Part shown: piece by piece, positions 14,300-27,448 of the stretch
Numbering within the stretch: the first letter of the stretch is position 1
How the letters are laid out: each line of letters opens with the position of its first letter
NCBI RefSeq assembly: GCF_009914755.1
Contig: NC_060931.1
From: the human T2T-CHM13v2.0 reference genome, Homo sapiens
Direction: 5' to 3' (one strand)
DNA: 64,000 nt
The notes under the pieces: generated by a model
Databases searched by the model: none
Told to the model about the DNA's origin: nothing
Seen by the model: only the letters and a program-made list of their open reading frames with translations
Position numbers and translations under genes: made by a program

Positions 14300-16045
14300 C
14301 TTCTCCTCTCCCGTCATGTGAGAGGAGGTACCTGTGACTAACGCCATCACTTGTGCTCTGACTTCCACATCACCTTGTCCTTCCCAGGAGCCTTTAGCTA
14401 TCCAATACCTCTTATTTCTGCTTCTTTTCCAATATTCCTTTTACACAGGGTCTATTTAATGAATATGAATATGCTCAAATCTTTCCCATCTAAAACAACA
14501 AACCAAGCTTCCCTGGTATCTTCCTCCTCCCAGTGATTCTCCTCTCCTTTGTGCTTCCAGTTGCCATCCCCTCTCACATCAGTCTTCAGTTAGTTCTCAT
14601 CTAGTTTCAAACCCCACCATTAGCTCCCATGTAGGATCTCCCAGTGACCTCTATGTTGAAATGTAAACCTCACCTTGACTTGATCAGCAACACTTGATGC
14701 TCTTAACTTTGCCCTGTTTTCTTAAATACGTTCTCTTCTTGGTTTCCATGACACTATATTGTTTTTTTCTCGTTTCTTTCCTATTTGTCTTTCTATTCCT
14801 TAAGCACTTCTCCTCTTCTGTAGGGTTCTTTTTATCTACCTGACCTCTAAATATCAGAGATCTCAAACTTGAGTTCTAGGGCCATTTCTCATCACTATTT
14901 TAACTATCTATCTCTTTGTATACTATTATCCACACACATAACTTAAGTGATCACTATACATCAATGAATACCAAATTTATGTGTCTGTGTCAGAGCTCCC
15001 CTTTGAGCTCTAGTAGTCACTCTAGCTGACATCCTGGCTAAGTGGTCATGGGCATCTGCATATTGCCTGTAACTTATTCTCCAATTTTCCTATCACCTCT
15101 TTCCAAAATTGCCCTAGATAATCTATTATGGAGAAAGAGGAAATGCTTTTGTGTTTCTGGAGGAGTGGGGCCTTCTAAATAAATTTAGTTGAGTTTCAGA
15201 GCTATGTATTGAACCGCATACTTGTCACTGTGTGGAGATTTCAAATATGTAGCCACCTAAGATTGGCTAACACTGAGCACATGTTCTTCCACTCAAGCAC
15301 GATCCTTATACAGCATTTCTTAACTCAGTGAGTAGCATCACATGCCCCCAATTTTACAAGCCAAAACCCAGAAATCATCCATGACCTCCCTTTTCCTTAG
15401 CTATCATATGCAATACATTGTAATGTTTTGTTGATTTTATCTCTTAAATAACTTTCCTTTCTCTACTTCTCTCCGTTATCTGTTACTATCATTTCTTACT
15501 TGACTACTCTAATAACTTCCCATTTAGATTTCGTGTATACAATTCTTATTCCTCTTTAATCGGTCTATCATATGGTGCCCAGAATAATCTTTAAAAACAC
15601 AAATCTGATTATTTCACTCTCTTGCTTAATTCTTTTAAAGGTTTCAACTAGTTCTTATGATAAAATCACAAATATTTAATGTGCTCACAATGCCCTTAGC
15701 TGATTTGGCCACATGTCTTACTACCCTCAATCTAAGTTCCTACCACTGACCTGCTCATACTGAACTCCCTTTATCTCTCAGCCTTCAGTCAGACTGACCT
15801 CTCTGGAGTACTCTTACCTCTCACTGACTCCTGCATCTATTTGAGTCCTATTCATCTTTTACATTTCAGCAAAAACACCACTACTTTAAGGAAGCCTTTT
15901 CTGATTCACTAGATTTAATCAGGACCCCCATTATATACTTTCTTTTCACAGCATTTAATTTAACTATAATTTAAAAAGTTTAAGTGTGACCCTATGTTAA
16001 TGTGTATATAATCTACTAGACTGTAAACTCCGTAAGAACAGCTCC
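14300..16045 (+). mobile_element. L2 long 3' region (fragmented)
   Basis: Pyrimidine-rich L2 motifs CAGCAACACTTGATGC, AAACACAAATCTGATT, GGAAGCCTTTTCTGA, CTAGACTGTAAACTCC. Confidence 0.75.
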
Positions 16046-16261
16046 TTGTGGTGTAGAAATTTTATAAGGAACATCTTAGTGTCTGTGTTAGTAGTGGATC
16101 TTAGATATGATGGGTGGGTGGCAATCACTGGTAGATAAAAATCACTGATAAGCTCAGGCAGATAAAAAGGTATGTGTTGAATAGAAGAACTAAAAGGAAT
16201 GGAAGGTACTGAAAGAGAAAAGATTAGAGAATGAGAATTCAACAGGCACGAACCCCTAAAT

Positions 16262-16456
16262 CGGGGATGCCAACCAGATTTCAGCTCATATATTATCTTT
16301 GATCTGCTGCTCTTGCCTTCCAGAAGTGATATATTGAGAAGGATTCTGAGCCTGCATTAGAACTGTTGGAAAAGAAGTGCTGTCATTGATTAATGATGTT
16401 TTTCCTGGAGTGGGAGAGTGAAGTGGTGGCATGTGTGCTATAGGTTTGCCATGTCT
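16262..16456. mobile_element. MER102-like hAT-Charlie fragment
   Basis: GAGAAGGATTCTGAG..GTGCTGTCATTGATTAATGATG..TTTGCCATGTCT. Confidence 0.55.
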
Positions 16457-16724
16457 ATTAAAAGATATTGCCAAGTAATTGTGGTCCAAATTTCAATTTG
16501 CCAAGGAAACTGGGTAAAGCTAGACTACTTTAAGAAAATACATTGAAGAAAAACCAATTTACTAAAAACAAGAAAACAAAAGAGACAAAACCCGCAAATA
16601 CAAACACAAAAACCAAAACTCAAATCAATTAGAGGAAAGCTTATTAGTATAACAACTGATTTCACCAAAAAGCTGTTACGTGTGGTAAAACCCATAGTTA
16701 GCTTCTCCAATATCGGTAGCATTA

Positions 16725-16960
16725 AAATAATAACTAATATTTTTGAGTACTTACGATATGTCAGAAAATGTGATATAGCTTTACATTTATTAACTCATTT
16801 AATCCTCACAATAAACCTGTGAGATAAGTACTGTCATTATCTTCATTTTTTAGGTAAAAAACTAAAATTTAGAGAGATAAAGTAATTTAAAAAGAAAATA
16901 CAATTAAAGGGCTAGGGTTTTATCTGGATTTGTACTATTAAAAAAACACATGTTCTTGAC
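16725..16960 (-). mobile_element. MIR
   Basis: TTAACTCATTTAATCCTCACAATAAACCTGTGAGATAAGTACTG. Confidence 0.8.
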
Positions 16961-17458
16961 ATATGTTACTAGGACTTATGTTAACACACACCTTTTTAAG
17001 AAGATCTTAAGACATATAAAAGATAGATGTGTAGTGAAGTAAACACTGCTCGATAAAGAACAAATGTACCAATATTTGCTTGAAATACTGAAAGACATAA
17101 TTTTGCCGCCCTATAAGAACAGATAAAAAAATAGCTTGTCACAAAACTATGTTAACATTTGTCTCAGGGAGTTATTTTTTATGTAATTGCAAAATGATTA
17201 ATTGATGGTTTGTTTAATTATTCTTTGAAGCATCCAAGTAAAACTAATCAGTATGATATTTTAAGAGTCATCACTTTTCATTCTTTGACAAATGGGTACT
17301 AAGTATGATTTTTCCAATATTAAAATGGTCTTAGGCTTTTATATGAATTCTTGAAAATGATAACATAGCCATAATAAATTATGTAAATTATCGGTGTGCC
17401 CTTTGGTTTAGATTAAATCAAGATCCCTAAAAATAATCTACATAATGAAGCTTTCCTG

Positions 17459-17684
17459 GACCAGCCTGGGCAACCACACCTCTTTATAAAAATTAAAAAA
17501 TAAAAATTAGCCAGGCATTGTGGTGCACGCCTGTAGTCCTAGATAATCAGGAGGCTGAGTCTAGAGGCAGATTACTTGCTCCCCAGAGTTTGAGGCTGCA
17601 GTAAACTTTGATTGTGCCACTACATTTCAGCCTGGGTGACAGAGTGAGACCTGGTCTCTAAACAAAACAAAAAACAACAAAAAA
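17459..17684 (+). mobile_element. 5'-truncated AluJ
   Basis: GACCAGCCTGGGCAAC, GAGTTTGAGGCTGCAGT, A-rich tail. Confidence 0.85.
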
Positions 17685-17747
17685 GCCCTCCTGAAGAAAT
17701 AACTGTAGTTGATACAAATGTGTCATTGCCCCAAAAGGTAAAAAATC

Positions 17748-18065
17748 TTTGATTTCGTATCTTGCCTATTATGAATAATACTGCAATAAACCTGTGAGTG
17801 CAAATATCTCCTCAACATACTGATTTCATTTCCTTTGGATATATCTCCAGAAGTGGGATTGCTAGATCATATGGTAGCTCTCATTTTAATTTTCTGAGGA
17901 ACCTCCATATTGTTTTCTACAATGACTATATTAACTTTCCCAACCAATGGTGTCCAAGGGTTCCCTTTTCTCCACACCCTCACCAACACTTGTTATCTTT
18001 TATCTTTTTGATAATAGCCATTCTGACAGATATGAGGTAATATTTCATAGTGGTTTTAACTTCAT
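17748..18065 (-). mobile_element. L1MA fragment
   Basis: CATACTGATTTCATTTCCTTTGGATATAT..AGAAGTGGGATTGCTAGATCATATGGTAG. Confidence 0.8.
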
Positions 18066-18495
18066 CTTTGTAAAAGGAAACACATTGATAATAAGAGCTT
18101 CATAGCCTCGGATAAGCTATTTATTTCTTAAAATAAAAACAGAGCAGCCTCCGAGACTATCAGCCTCATATCTTTCATAAGCATGAGATTTAATTTTAAA
18201 ATAACAAGGGAAAAGCCTAGGCTTGGTATGATGATTATGTCTGACACTATTCAGCCATTAACTCTTGTGAGTGGCTCTCTCTCTCTCTCTCCTTCTCTCT
18301 TTTAGTCTGTCACTTTTACTTTGTTTTGTGTGTGTGTGTGTACAATGATTCTATTGCCCCAAGGTGCCTTGTTATCTTGCCTAACACAATCTACTACACC
18401 AAGGAATAAACAGAGGTTCCATTGTGTTATTCTGTCCTCAGGAGATAGCCTTGATTGCACTCCCAACTGATCATGAGAGCTCTGGCTTCTTATAC

Positions 18496-19044
18496 CAGGA
18501 GTTGTCAAAGTTTTTTGATAAAAGGCCAGGTAGTCAGTATTTTGGACATTATGGGCCATATCGTCTACATCACAACTATTTAGCTCTCATGTTGTAGAAT
18601 GAAAGCAGTCATAGATACTATGTAATGAATAAACACCATTGTGTTCTAATATATCTTTACAAAACAGAATAAAAGGCCAGATATGGTCTACAGGCCATAG
18701 TTTTTGTTTTTTTGTTTTTTCTTTTGTTTTGTTTTTAAGATGGAGTTTCGTCCTCGTTGCCCAGGCTGGAGTGCAATGCAAGATCTCTGCTCACAGCAAC
18801 CTCCGCCTCCTGGGTTCAAGTGATTCTCCCACCTCAGCCTACCGAGTAGCTGGGATTACAGGCATGCATCACCACGCCAGGCTAATTTTGTATTTTTATT
18901 AGAGACAGGGTTTCTCCATGTTGGTCAGGCTGGTCTCGAATTCCCAACCTCAGGTGATCCACCTGCCTTGGCCTCCCAAAGTGCTGGGATTGCAGGCGTG
19001 TACCACCATGCCCGGCCTACAAGCCACAGTTGACCAGCTCCTGC
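18496..19044 (+). mobile_element. MER58A (hAT-Charlie MITE) split by an Alu
   Basis: TAAAAGGCCAGGTAGT..GGGCCATA..CACAACTA..AAAGCAGTCATAGA; resumes after the Alu with CAGTTGACCAGCTCCTG. Confidence 0.8.
18702..19016 (-). mobile_element. AluSp
   Basis: GAGTTTCG..TTGCCCAGGCTGGAGTGCAATG, CCATGTTGGTCAGGCTGG, CCTCAGGTGATCC; TSD CTACA(G/A)GCCA(T/C)AGTT. Confidence 0.9.
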
Positions 19045-19324
19045 TTTATACCCTTGTTGAGGGCAACAATCACCACTTCCTCCACTCAAAGTTAAGGTTA
19101 TGCAAGTAGAAATCTTAATGAGCTACATTTTCCAGACAGACTAAAGCTTCACAGTGGCACTAAACAAGTGATCATTGGTCTTATGTTTGGAATCTGAAAA
19201 GGCTTTGAAATATTAAACAATGGGTAAAATTCTCTTCCCTCTCCTCCCCTCTCCTTTCTATTTCTTATCTCAACCAATATTTTAAAATCCCATACTTAGG
19301 ATTTAAAAATATTATACAAATTAT

Positions 19325-19595
19325 ACTAATTATTTCATATGAATTTTCATTTAATTAATGTTTACTTTTTCATTATTCTTTTTGAATTGCATCTCAAATT
19401 CTTCTGCTGATAACATCTTCCGTCTTCAGGCAATATTTTTTAGACTCTTTAAGTGAGAGTATAATGGCAGTAATTTTTTTTTTAGGTTTTCGCTGTCTAA
19501 AGCAGTGGTTCTCAAAGTATAGATAGACTATAGAACCTTGGGGGTCCTGAGGTACTTTCAGAGGATTCATAAAAACTATTTTGATATATATACTA
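19325..19595 (+). repeat. Diverged direct-repeat copy of 22725-22988 (L1-like flank plus Charlie1 terminus)
   Basis: Shared blocks ACTAATTATTTCATATGAATTTTCATTTA, TTGAATTGCATCTCAAATTCT, AGACTCTTTAAGTGAGAGTAT, TACTTTCAGAGGATTCA. Confidence 0.9.
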
Positions 19596-19679
19596 TCCAG
19601 AGCAAAATCAGGGAAGAGGAGCATGGAGATGTCCCACCAGACAGTTACACAACAGGTCTGGAGGTATAAGAAGCCATGT

Positions 19680-20075
19680 AGATTTCACTGAATTACAAGA
19701 ATATCCAGGACATAGAGTACAAGGTGGGATTGATAAAGGATGGGGCTGGAGAGGTAGACAGGGATCAGACCACAAATAACATTTTGGGCATCCACTGTAG
19801 TTCAGGTAACCTTCAGTCACACCAGGAAAACTCAAATAACCTCCTAGTTTGTTACTTTATCTCAAATGTTGCCCCTCTTTATTTACCATACCATTGGCAG
19901 AATGATCACCGTTTAATGTAGTTCATGTTTATACACTACTTAAACCCCGTCAATAGCTACTCATTGCTCTCAGAAGTATTTCTAACCACTTAATAGGACC
20001 TCAAATACCCATCATGATCTGACCCTAACTACATTTCCAGCCTCATCTTTTGTCAGCTCCTTCTTTATGCTGGCT
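19680..20075. mobile_element. L2 fragments in opposite orientations
   Basis: GGGGCTGGAGAGGTAGACAGGGATCAGACCA (minus), then ATAACCTCCTAG..CATGATCTGACCC..TTCCAGCCTCATCT (plus). Confidence 0.55.
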
Positions 20076-20099
20076 GTTATTTTACGTAGCTCTTTTGGA

Positions 20100-21220
20100 A
20101 TGTCTTCCAGAAGTGTTTTATAATACCATTGTTAGGTTTACTACTAGGTACTTGAGACACCTTGTAGCCTTTGCTGCTATTGAACATGATATCTTTCGTT
20201 GTAATTACATCTTCTAACTCCTTGATATTGGTGTATAGGAATGCAATTGATTTTCACATATTGATCTTATATCCAGTGACACTGCTGACTTGTTTTATTC
20301 ATCCTGATATTTGTTTATGCATTCTTTTGGATTTTATATGTAGACAACTCATATAAACTGTAAATAATTTAGTCTTGCTTCTCTTCTATTTCTTTTCCAT
20401 GTCTGCCCTCTTATAATTTTGAACTTTCTAACACCTCCAATATACTGCAATGAATGAGAGTTCCTGTTGCTTCTTATCTTTTCCAGCACTTAGTGTCAGT
20501 GTTCTCAGCTTTGACCATTTTAATAGGTGTGTAATGCTTGCTTAGGTCATTTATATTTATTCCTTCTACATTCCCTAGGTTTATTCTGCTAGACTTTTCC
20601 AAACTTAAATTGAAAGCTTAGCTCATTCACTTTTAGTCTTCTTTTTCTAAACATGATATTTTAAGTGTATAAAATTTCCTCCTTATATTTTTTTGGATAC
20701 ATCCTACATGTTTTGAGATGCTCTAGTTTCCTTATTATTTAATTCTGGATATTTTCTAATTTTTGATATAATATTTGTCTATGAATTATTTATGAGAGTG
20801 TTTAAATAGCCAAATATATATTGTTTTTAAAGATATATTTTGTGATTGATTTCTATTTAAATTACATTTTGGTCAGAGAAAATAATCTGTTAGATTAAAA
20901 TATATTGACTTGATTAATGGCCTAATGCCTGGCCAATTTTAGTAAACATTCTTGGTTAACTTAAAAATGTATACAACTTAATTATTAATGTAGTGTTCAC
21001 ATTTCATTAGTTCAAATTTATCCATCTTATTGTTCAATATATGCCTTTACTGGGGATTGTGTTTTGGATTTATAGATTACTGAAAAAGATGTGTTAAATG
21101 GTGGAATTGTTTATTTTATTTGTTGTTCTGCTTATTTTCTGCTTGATAAATTTTAAAACTATGCCATTGAGTATAAATAAGTTTAGAATTATGATATATT
21201 TCTTTTGATTAAAAAGTTTA
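20100..21220 (-). mobile_element. Old L1M(E) fragments
   Basis: GTGTATAGGAATGCAATTGATTTT..ATATTGATCTTATATCCAG; TTGGTCAGAGAAAATAATCTG. Confidence 0.65.
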
Positions 21221-21221
21221 T

Positions 21222-21540
<319 letters not shown>

Positions 21541-21559
21541 CTATCGCACAAGTAAGGTA

Positions 21560-21830
21560 CTGTCCTATTCTAACTGACAGGCAGAAGAAAATTAAATCAC
21601 CTCTGGGCAAAGATGGCAACAAACAGATAATCTACTACATCACATACATTGTTTTCAGTATTCAAATAAAAATACAAAAATGATCAAAAACAAAGCAGAA
21701 AGCAGATAATAGAAACAGGTCCACAGATGAACTAGATTTTGGAAGCATTATATGTGGACATTAAAACAATTGTTATTCATAGGGTCAAGAAAATCAATGT
21801 CAAAGTATAGAATTTCACAAGAGAACTGTT
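21560..21830 (+). mobile_element. Old L1M 5'/ORF1-region fragment
   Basis: CAGATAATAGAAACAGGTCCACAGATGAACTAGATTTTGGAAG. Confidence 0.5.
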
Positions 21831-21964
21831 TCTCAGCTTTTAAATCTCTTATCTCACCCCACATACGATTTAGAAAATGTGTCAAGAGAAAAAGCAATTC
21901 AGACTATTGGACTTATTCTCTGTGGATCTTGGTCCCTCCAGCTCTTGCTCTCTCTCTCTTTCTC

Positions 21965-22007
21965 TTTTTTTTTTTTTTTTTTTCCAGATGGAGTCTCACT
22001 CTGTCAC
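21965..22007 (-). mobile_element. Extremely 5'-truncated Alu (tail plus ~22 nt)
   Basis: polyT-CCAGATGGAGTCTCACTCTGTCAC; imperfect TSD CAGCTCTTGCTCTCT / CAGATTTTGCTCTCT. Confidence 0.75.
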
Positions 22008-23384
22008 AGATTTTGCTCTCTTGATAGCTTTTAACTCTGATATTTCTTTCCACAGTGTTGTGAGAATGAGAATCAAGACTGCTGCTTTCTGCTACATCTC
22101 TAGGTTAATAACAATGTTATTAGCAAATGCTTCAAGGAGAAAAGGGGCAGAGAATGACATGGTCACCTCACTGAATTTTCATTCTCTCAGGAATCTAGGC
22201 TTCTCAAGCTCTGCTTGCATCTGCTGCTCTTTGATGTATTCAGGTGTTTGTTGATTCATTTTTGTACAACCAGCAATTATTCTCAATGGAAGGCTAGTAT
22301 TTTACAAACTACCGTTATCACACACAAAGGTGGAAATCCTCAATCTTTCCTTTCAACGAAGTAAGTTAATTGATCTTTTGTTAGTTTTAATTACATATAT
22401 ATTTAGGAACATTGTTTTGACCTTTTTCAGTACTTTTTCCCTCTTTACACTTTTCTTTTAATTTTTCTTCTGTCTATGCATAAGATAATGTAGGATATAT
22501 AGATTTTAAAAATATTTTACTGGTTCCACGGAAAATTTTAGCATTCATATTAGATTTACCATAGTTAAAAGTTAATATATTGTCTCTCTTCTGAAACAAA
22601 TCAAGAATTTCAAATATCTTGTTTTTAATTGTCTTATCTCCTGAATTAAAAGCTTTTATTGCTTACTGTTTTAGTTCCCTCTTGCTTATTTAACCCCTCA
22701 ATATATCCATTCTTGTTATTTCACACTAATTATTTCATATGAATTTTCATTTATTTCACGCCCACTTTTTCATTATTCTTTCTTGAATTGCATCTCAAAT
22801 TCTCCTGCTGATAACATTGTCCTTATTTAGGCATTTTTTTTAAGACTCTTTAAGTGAGAGTATTGTGGTAACATTTTTTTTAGGTATTTGCTGTCTAAAA
22901 CAGTGATTTTCAAAGGGTAGACTATAGAAACTTGGAGATCCTGAGATACTTTCAGAGGATTCAAAAAAATATTTGCATATATATGCTAAAATGCCATTTG
23001 CATTTTCCACCATATTGACATTTATGCTAGTTTTGAAAAGAAATGGTGGGTAAAACTTTGAGCTCTTTAGGAATGTTTTGATGGAAGAGTAAAAAATTAT
23101 GAATTTTATTACATTTTGACATTTGAAATGTCTTTCTTATTATTCTATTTCAAGGAAAGGGAAATATACATAAAGCATACTGTATACTAAAAAGTATATT
23201 GATTTTCCTGAGGAGAAGCACTTGTCTAATAGTTTGAATTGTAATATTAATTAACTGCTTTTTCATAAAATATTTTCATTTTTTAAAGACAGCTTTCAGA
23301 CAAACATATTTATTCAAATATAGGGTATTTGGTAGAAAATATCTTTTCAATAACATGTAAGCCTGTCATTTCAAGGAAACAAAC

Positions 23385-23590
23385 AGTTCTATGCTGAAAA
23401 ATGTTTAACAACTAGCTCTATGGGGGGAAAAAAAGCGTAATTTGTAGATTTGTAGCCAATTGTTGTGGTGTAAATACTCCTGGCCTGACTATTTCAAGCT
23501 ATCAAACATTTAATGTCATTAAACACAGAGCAGGGAAAAAATAATAAGGTTGCATAAGTCATTGCAAATCAACCATAGCACACTTCTGAA
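23385..23590 (-). mobile_element. MER63 (hAT-Blackjack) nested in Charlie1
   Basis: GATTTGTAG..GTGGTGTAAATACTCC..ATTTCAAGCTA..AGCACAC. Confidence 0.65.
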
Positions 23591-23608
23591 AATACTGCAA
23601 TTAGAAAT

Positions 23609-23771
23609 CTTTTTTTTTATTCTTTGAAGTCGGGTCTTACTCTGTCATCCAGGCTGGAGTGCAGTGGTATGATCATGGCTAATTCAGCCTTGATCTCCTA
23701 GGCTTAACTGATCCTCCTGCTTCAGCCTCCCAAAGTGCTAGGATTACAGGCATGAGCCACTGCATGCAGCT
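23609..23771 (-). mobile_element. Monomeric AluJ/FRAM-like hybrid
   Basis: Right-arm 3' part (GCTGGAGTGCAGTGG..ATCATGGCT) fused to left-arm 5' part (CCCAAAGTGCTAGGATTACAGGCATGAGCCAC). Confidence 0.8.
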
Positions 23772-24330
23772 AGAAAGCAAAAGTAAAAATTAGAATGTAA
23801 GAAAATCTGTATCCACGAGCATGAGCCTCTCAGCTTCCTAATACATAAAGACTTTTCTAAAAAGATTGCTAGATATATTAACAAGTGTAAGTTTTTATAT
23901 TGTATAATAAAATATATCAACATTTAGAAGCTCTGTATAACTCAGTGATCCAGTATTTTCTAAATGACCAATGCGCGATGTTTCCAAATCTTCATAAATA
24001 AAAGTTTTATTCAAAATTTCAAAATAGACAAATCAACTTAATGTGAGAGTATATAAAGTTTATTGATTTCAGATTTCATATTGCACATAACCTATGAGAA
24101 ACTACCATTTATCAGGTTCTAGCACAGTATCACATTATCTTAAAAAGGTTATTAAAACACTCCTCCATTTTCCAATTTTTATGAGGCCAGATTTTCTTAA
24201 TGTTCTTTAACCAAATCAACATACCACAATAAAGGAATTCATTATTTTCAAAATGGAAGATAAAGCTTCAGGTCTGGAATGACTAGAGGGACTCAAGAGA
24301 GTCTGATTAGTTTTTAAAGTCTCCTTACAG

Positions 24331-24380
24331 GCCACTGCACTCCAGCCTGGCGACGGAGCAAGGCTCCGTCTCAAAAAAAA
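24331..24380 (+). mobile_element. Micro-Alu (last ~42 nt plus A8) with TSD
   Basis: GCCACTGCACTCCAGCCTGGCGACGGAGCAAGGCTCCGTCTC-A8 flanked by TCTCCTTACAGG on both sides. Confidence 0.9.
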
Positions 24381-26295
24381 TATCTCCTTACAGGTGCAGT
24401 GTTAAGTCTGAGAGTGGATCCCTGGTGACAATGATGCTCTGGATGCAGGGAAAAGGCCTCCATAGTTTGAGAGATGGGAAAGCAAGGTGCTTCAGCGAGA
24501 CCAACACCGATGCAGCCCATCACTCTGTTGCAAAGGGATGCATTGTAGTCATTCAGAGTGCTTTGAGGATTATCCTTTTAAGAAGATTAGCTTTCATTTA
24601 AGTCAATTTATTTCTTGACTGATAAATACTTCTCATTTCATTTATGTGTTTCCTGGATCTCTATGGCTTCATTAAAATGGCCTATATTTGATTTTAAGAT
24701 CCCAGAGGGAAGAAAGTAGATCTGTTTAGTTTCTTTTGAAATGGCCAAGCATAGAGCACAGCCAAATTTCTATATAAAAGACACACTGATGGTGATTAAT
24801 TTCCTCTTATCTAGAGCCTGGCTTATGGAACAAAGTAGATTGTCTATCTTCCTTATTAATCTAGTAAATGATTTAGCCTTGTTCCTAGTGTCCAGAAAGT
24901 TTTAGTAATGAAGAAGGCAAAGCAGATACAAATACATCTATCTGAAATTGCTGCCCATTGGTATTTGTTCCAAAAGTTTGATTATAAATCAGTTGTTCAG
25001 AAGTTGGAAGACATTTTCCTTTGGGATAAAATATTATATAGGATCTTGTGTCTCTTGGTGATTCCATCAAATCCAAATATACCTGAGGTATAGTATTGTA
25101 TTAATATAACTATACTATAGTGTTTGTCTGGGAGACATATATTTATAGTTGTATTTCAAAGAAACAGTTTATTCTATTAGAGAAATATTAGACTCCTTTC
25201 CATTAACAAACCACGTTCTGAGTAGTTAAAGCAGAGACTCCTTGAGATCTAAGCCTCTGATAATGATCTGATACAGGGAAATTGAACTTGATAGGGGATG
25301 GGGACAAGATTACGGGACATGAGGGGAGGAGATGGCTACTATGGAATAAGCAGGAGGCTGGGGAAATTCCAGAAGTAGAGACAAAGGAGTTGTTTACTGG
25401 AGTTTCCTACTAGAGTGACATTGTAGAAAACACTGGCCACTCAATCTCCCCATTTATTTTTTTCTAAAGGTCTCAAGGATTAACCTGTTTTCCCATTTCA
25501 TGGTCATTGTCTCTTATATTTCCCTCCTGTGTTGTCCACACACCTTTCATTCCTGATCTCTGGATCCTAAACACTGACACTCATTGTAAACATTGGTTTT
25601 TTAATATATCTGGGGCACAGCTCAGTAAATTGAGCAGAGGAAGAAAGTGGTATGTTGTTTAAGTTTTAATAAATCCTCGTATTTATTCATCAACAGTTAA
25701 TTTAGAGATCAACACTTAGACACTCAGAAAATTATTCAAATTAGAACATTTGTCTTTTTTCTTTAGAGAACTTCTGTTTAAATGGGGAGATGTGAAATTA
25801 ACAAAGAATGATCTGATACAGAGTAAAATAATTATGCATCTGAACCTATATTTACATATAAGTTCTATGTTTTAATTATTGTTCTATTAACTCTCTTGGT
25901 CTCTACTATTTCCATGACCACCAGAACAATGTAACCTGGGCATGGGGGAATAAGAGCAGCAAAGATTGAGGACTGAAAATTAATTATAAGAAAACAGTTG
26001 CATATAATTTCTATATATCTACTTGGATATTTTTTCCATTTGACTAGCTAGTTTTAGGAACAGCTGTCAATGTGGTTAAGAACCTGGTGGAGTTGCCAGT
26101 TCCACTAAGACTAAAAGTGTTAGGGAGGAATTGGCAAAATCCATAACACATCTAGAGTAAAAAACATTTTATTTTCTTCTAATGGACAGAATAAAGAGAG
26201 GCAGATGTGGAGTAAGGTAAGTAACGACGGTTCAGGAAAAGAAATGCTGAGAAGTTAAAGACTGACGTTAACTACTTCAGATATTGTTTATAGGA

Positions 26296-27448
26296 TTTTT
26301 TATTTGTTTATTTATTTATTTTATTATACTTTAAGTTCTAGGGTACATGTGCACAACATGCAGGTTTGTTACATAAGTATACATATGCTATGTCGGTTTG
26401 CTGCCCCCATTAACTCGTCATTTACATTAGGTATTTCTCCTAATGCTATCCCTACACCCCGCCCCAACACCATGACACACCCCAGTGTGTGATGTTCCCT
26501 GCCCTGTGTCCAAGTGTTCTCATTGTTCAGTTCCCACCTATGAGTGAGAACATGCGGTGTTTGGTTTTCTGCCCTTGTGATAGTTTGCTCAGAATGATGG
26601 TTTCCAGCTTCATCCATGTCCCTACAAAGGACATGAACTCATTCTTTTTTATGGCTGCATAGTATTCCATGGCGTATATGTGCTACATTTTCTTAATCCA
26701 GTCTATCACTGATGGACATTTAGGTTGGTTCCAAGTCTTTGCTATTGTGAATAGTGCTGCAATAAACATACATGTGCACGTGTCTTTATAGTAGCATGAT
26801 TTATAATCCTTTGGGTGTATACGCAGTAATGGGATTGCTGGGTCAAATGGTATTTCTGGTTCTAGATCCTTGAGTAATCGCCACACTGTCCTCCACAATG
26901 GTTGAACTAGTTTTCACTCCCACCAAGAGTGTAATCTAGCATCTGTTGTTTCCTGACTTTTTAATGATCACCATTCTAACTGGCGTGAGATGGTATCTCG
27001 CTGTGGTTTTGATTTGCATTTCTCTGATGACCAGTGATGATGAGCATTTTTTCATGTGTCTGTTGGCTGCATAAATGTCTTCTTTTGTAAAGTGTCTGTT
27101 CATATCCTTTGCCCACTTTTTGATGGGGTTGTTTTTTTCTTGTAAATTTGTTTAAGTTCTTTATAGATTCTGGATATTAGCCCTTTGTCAGATGGGTAGA
27201 TTGCAAAAATTTTCCCCCCTTCTGTACGTTGCCTGTTCACTCTGCTGGTAGTTTCTTTTGCTGTGCAGAAGCTCTTTAGTTTAATTAGATGCCATGTTTC
27301 TATTTTGGCATTTGTTGCCGTTGCTTTTTGTGTTTTAGTCATGAAGTATTTGCCATCCCTATATCCTGAATGGTATTGCCTAGGTTTTCTTCTAGGGTTT
27401 TTATGGTTTTAGGTTTTACATTTAAGTCTTTAATCCATCTTGAGTTAA
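26296..27448 (-). mobile_element. L1PA (about L1PA5-6), 5'-truncated, ~1.15 kb
   Basis: TTATTATACTTTAAGTTCTAGGGTACATG 3' end; ORF2 C-terminal peptides (26683-26898 EIPFDPAIPLL..TWNQPKCPS; 27100-27342 [13 protein letters not shown]); TSD GTTTTATAGGATT. Confidence 0.95.

Larger units (their letters stand above)
22901..24235 (+). mobile_element. Charlie1-family hAT element (fragmented, with nested inserts)
   Basis: CAGTGATTTTCAAAG terminus, AATGGTGGGTAAAACT, GAGGAGAAGCACTTG, AGCCTGTCATTTCAAGGAAAC, TTCTAAATGACCAATGC, ATGAGGCCAGATTTTCTT; strand given relative to the terminus seen. Confidence 0.75.
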
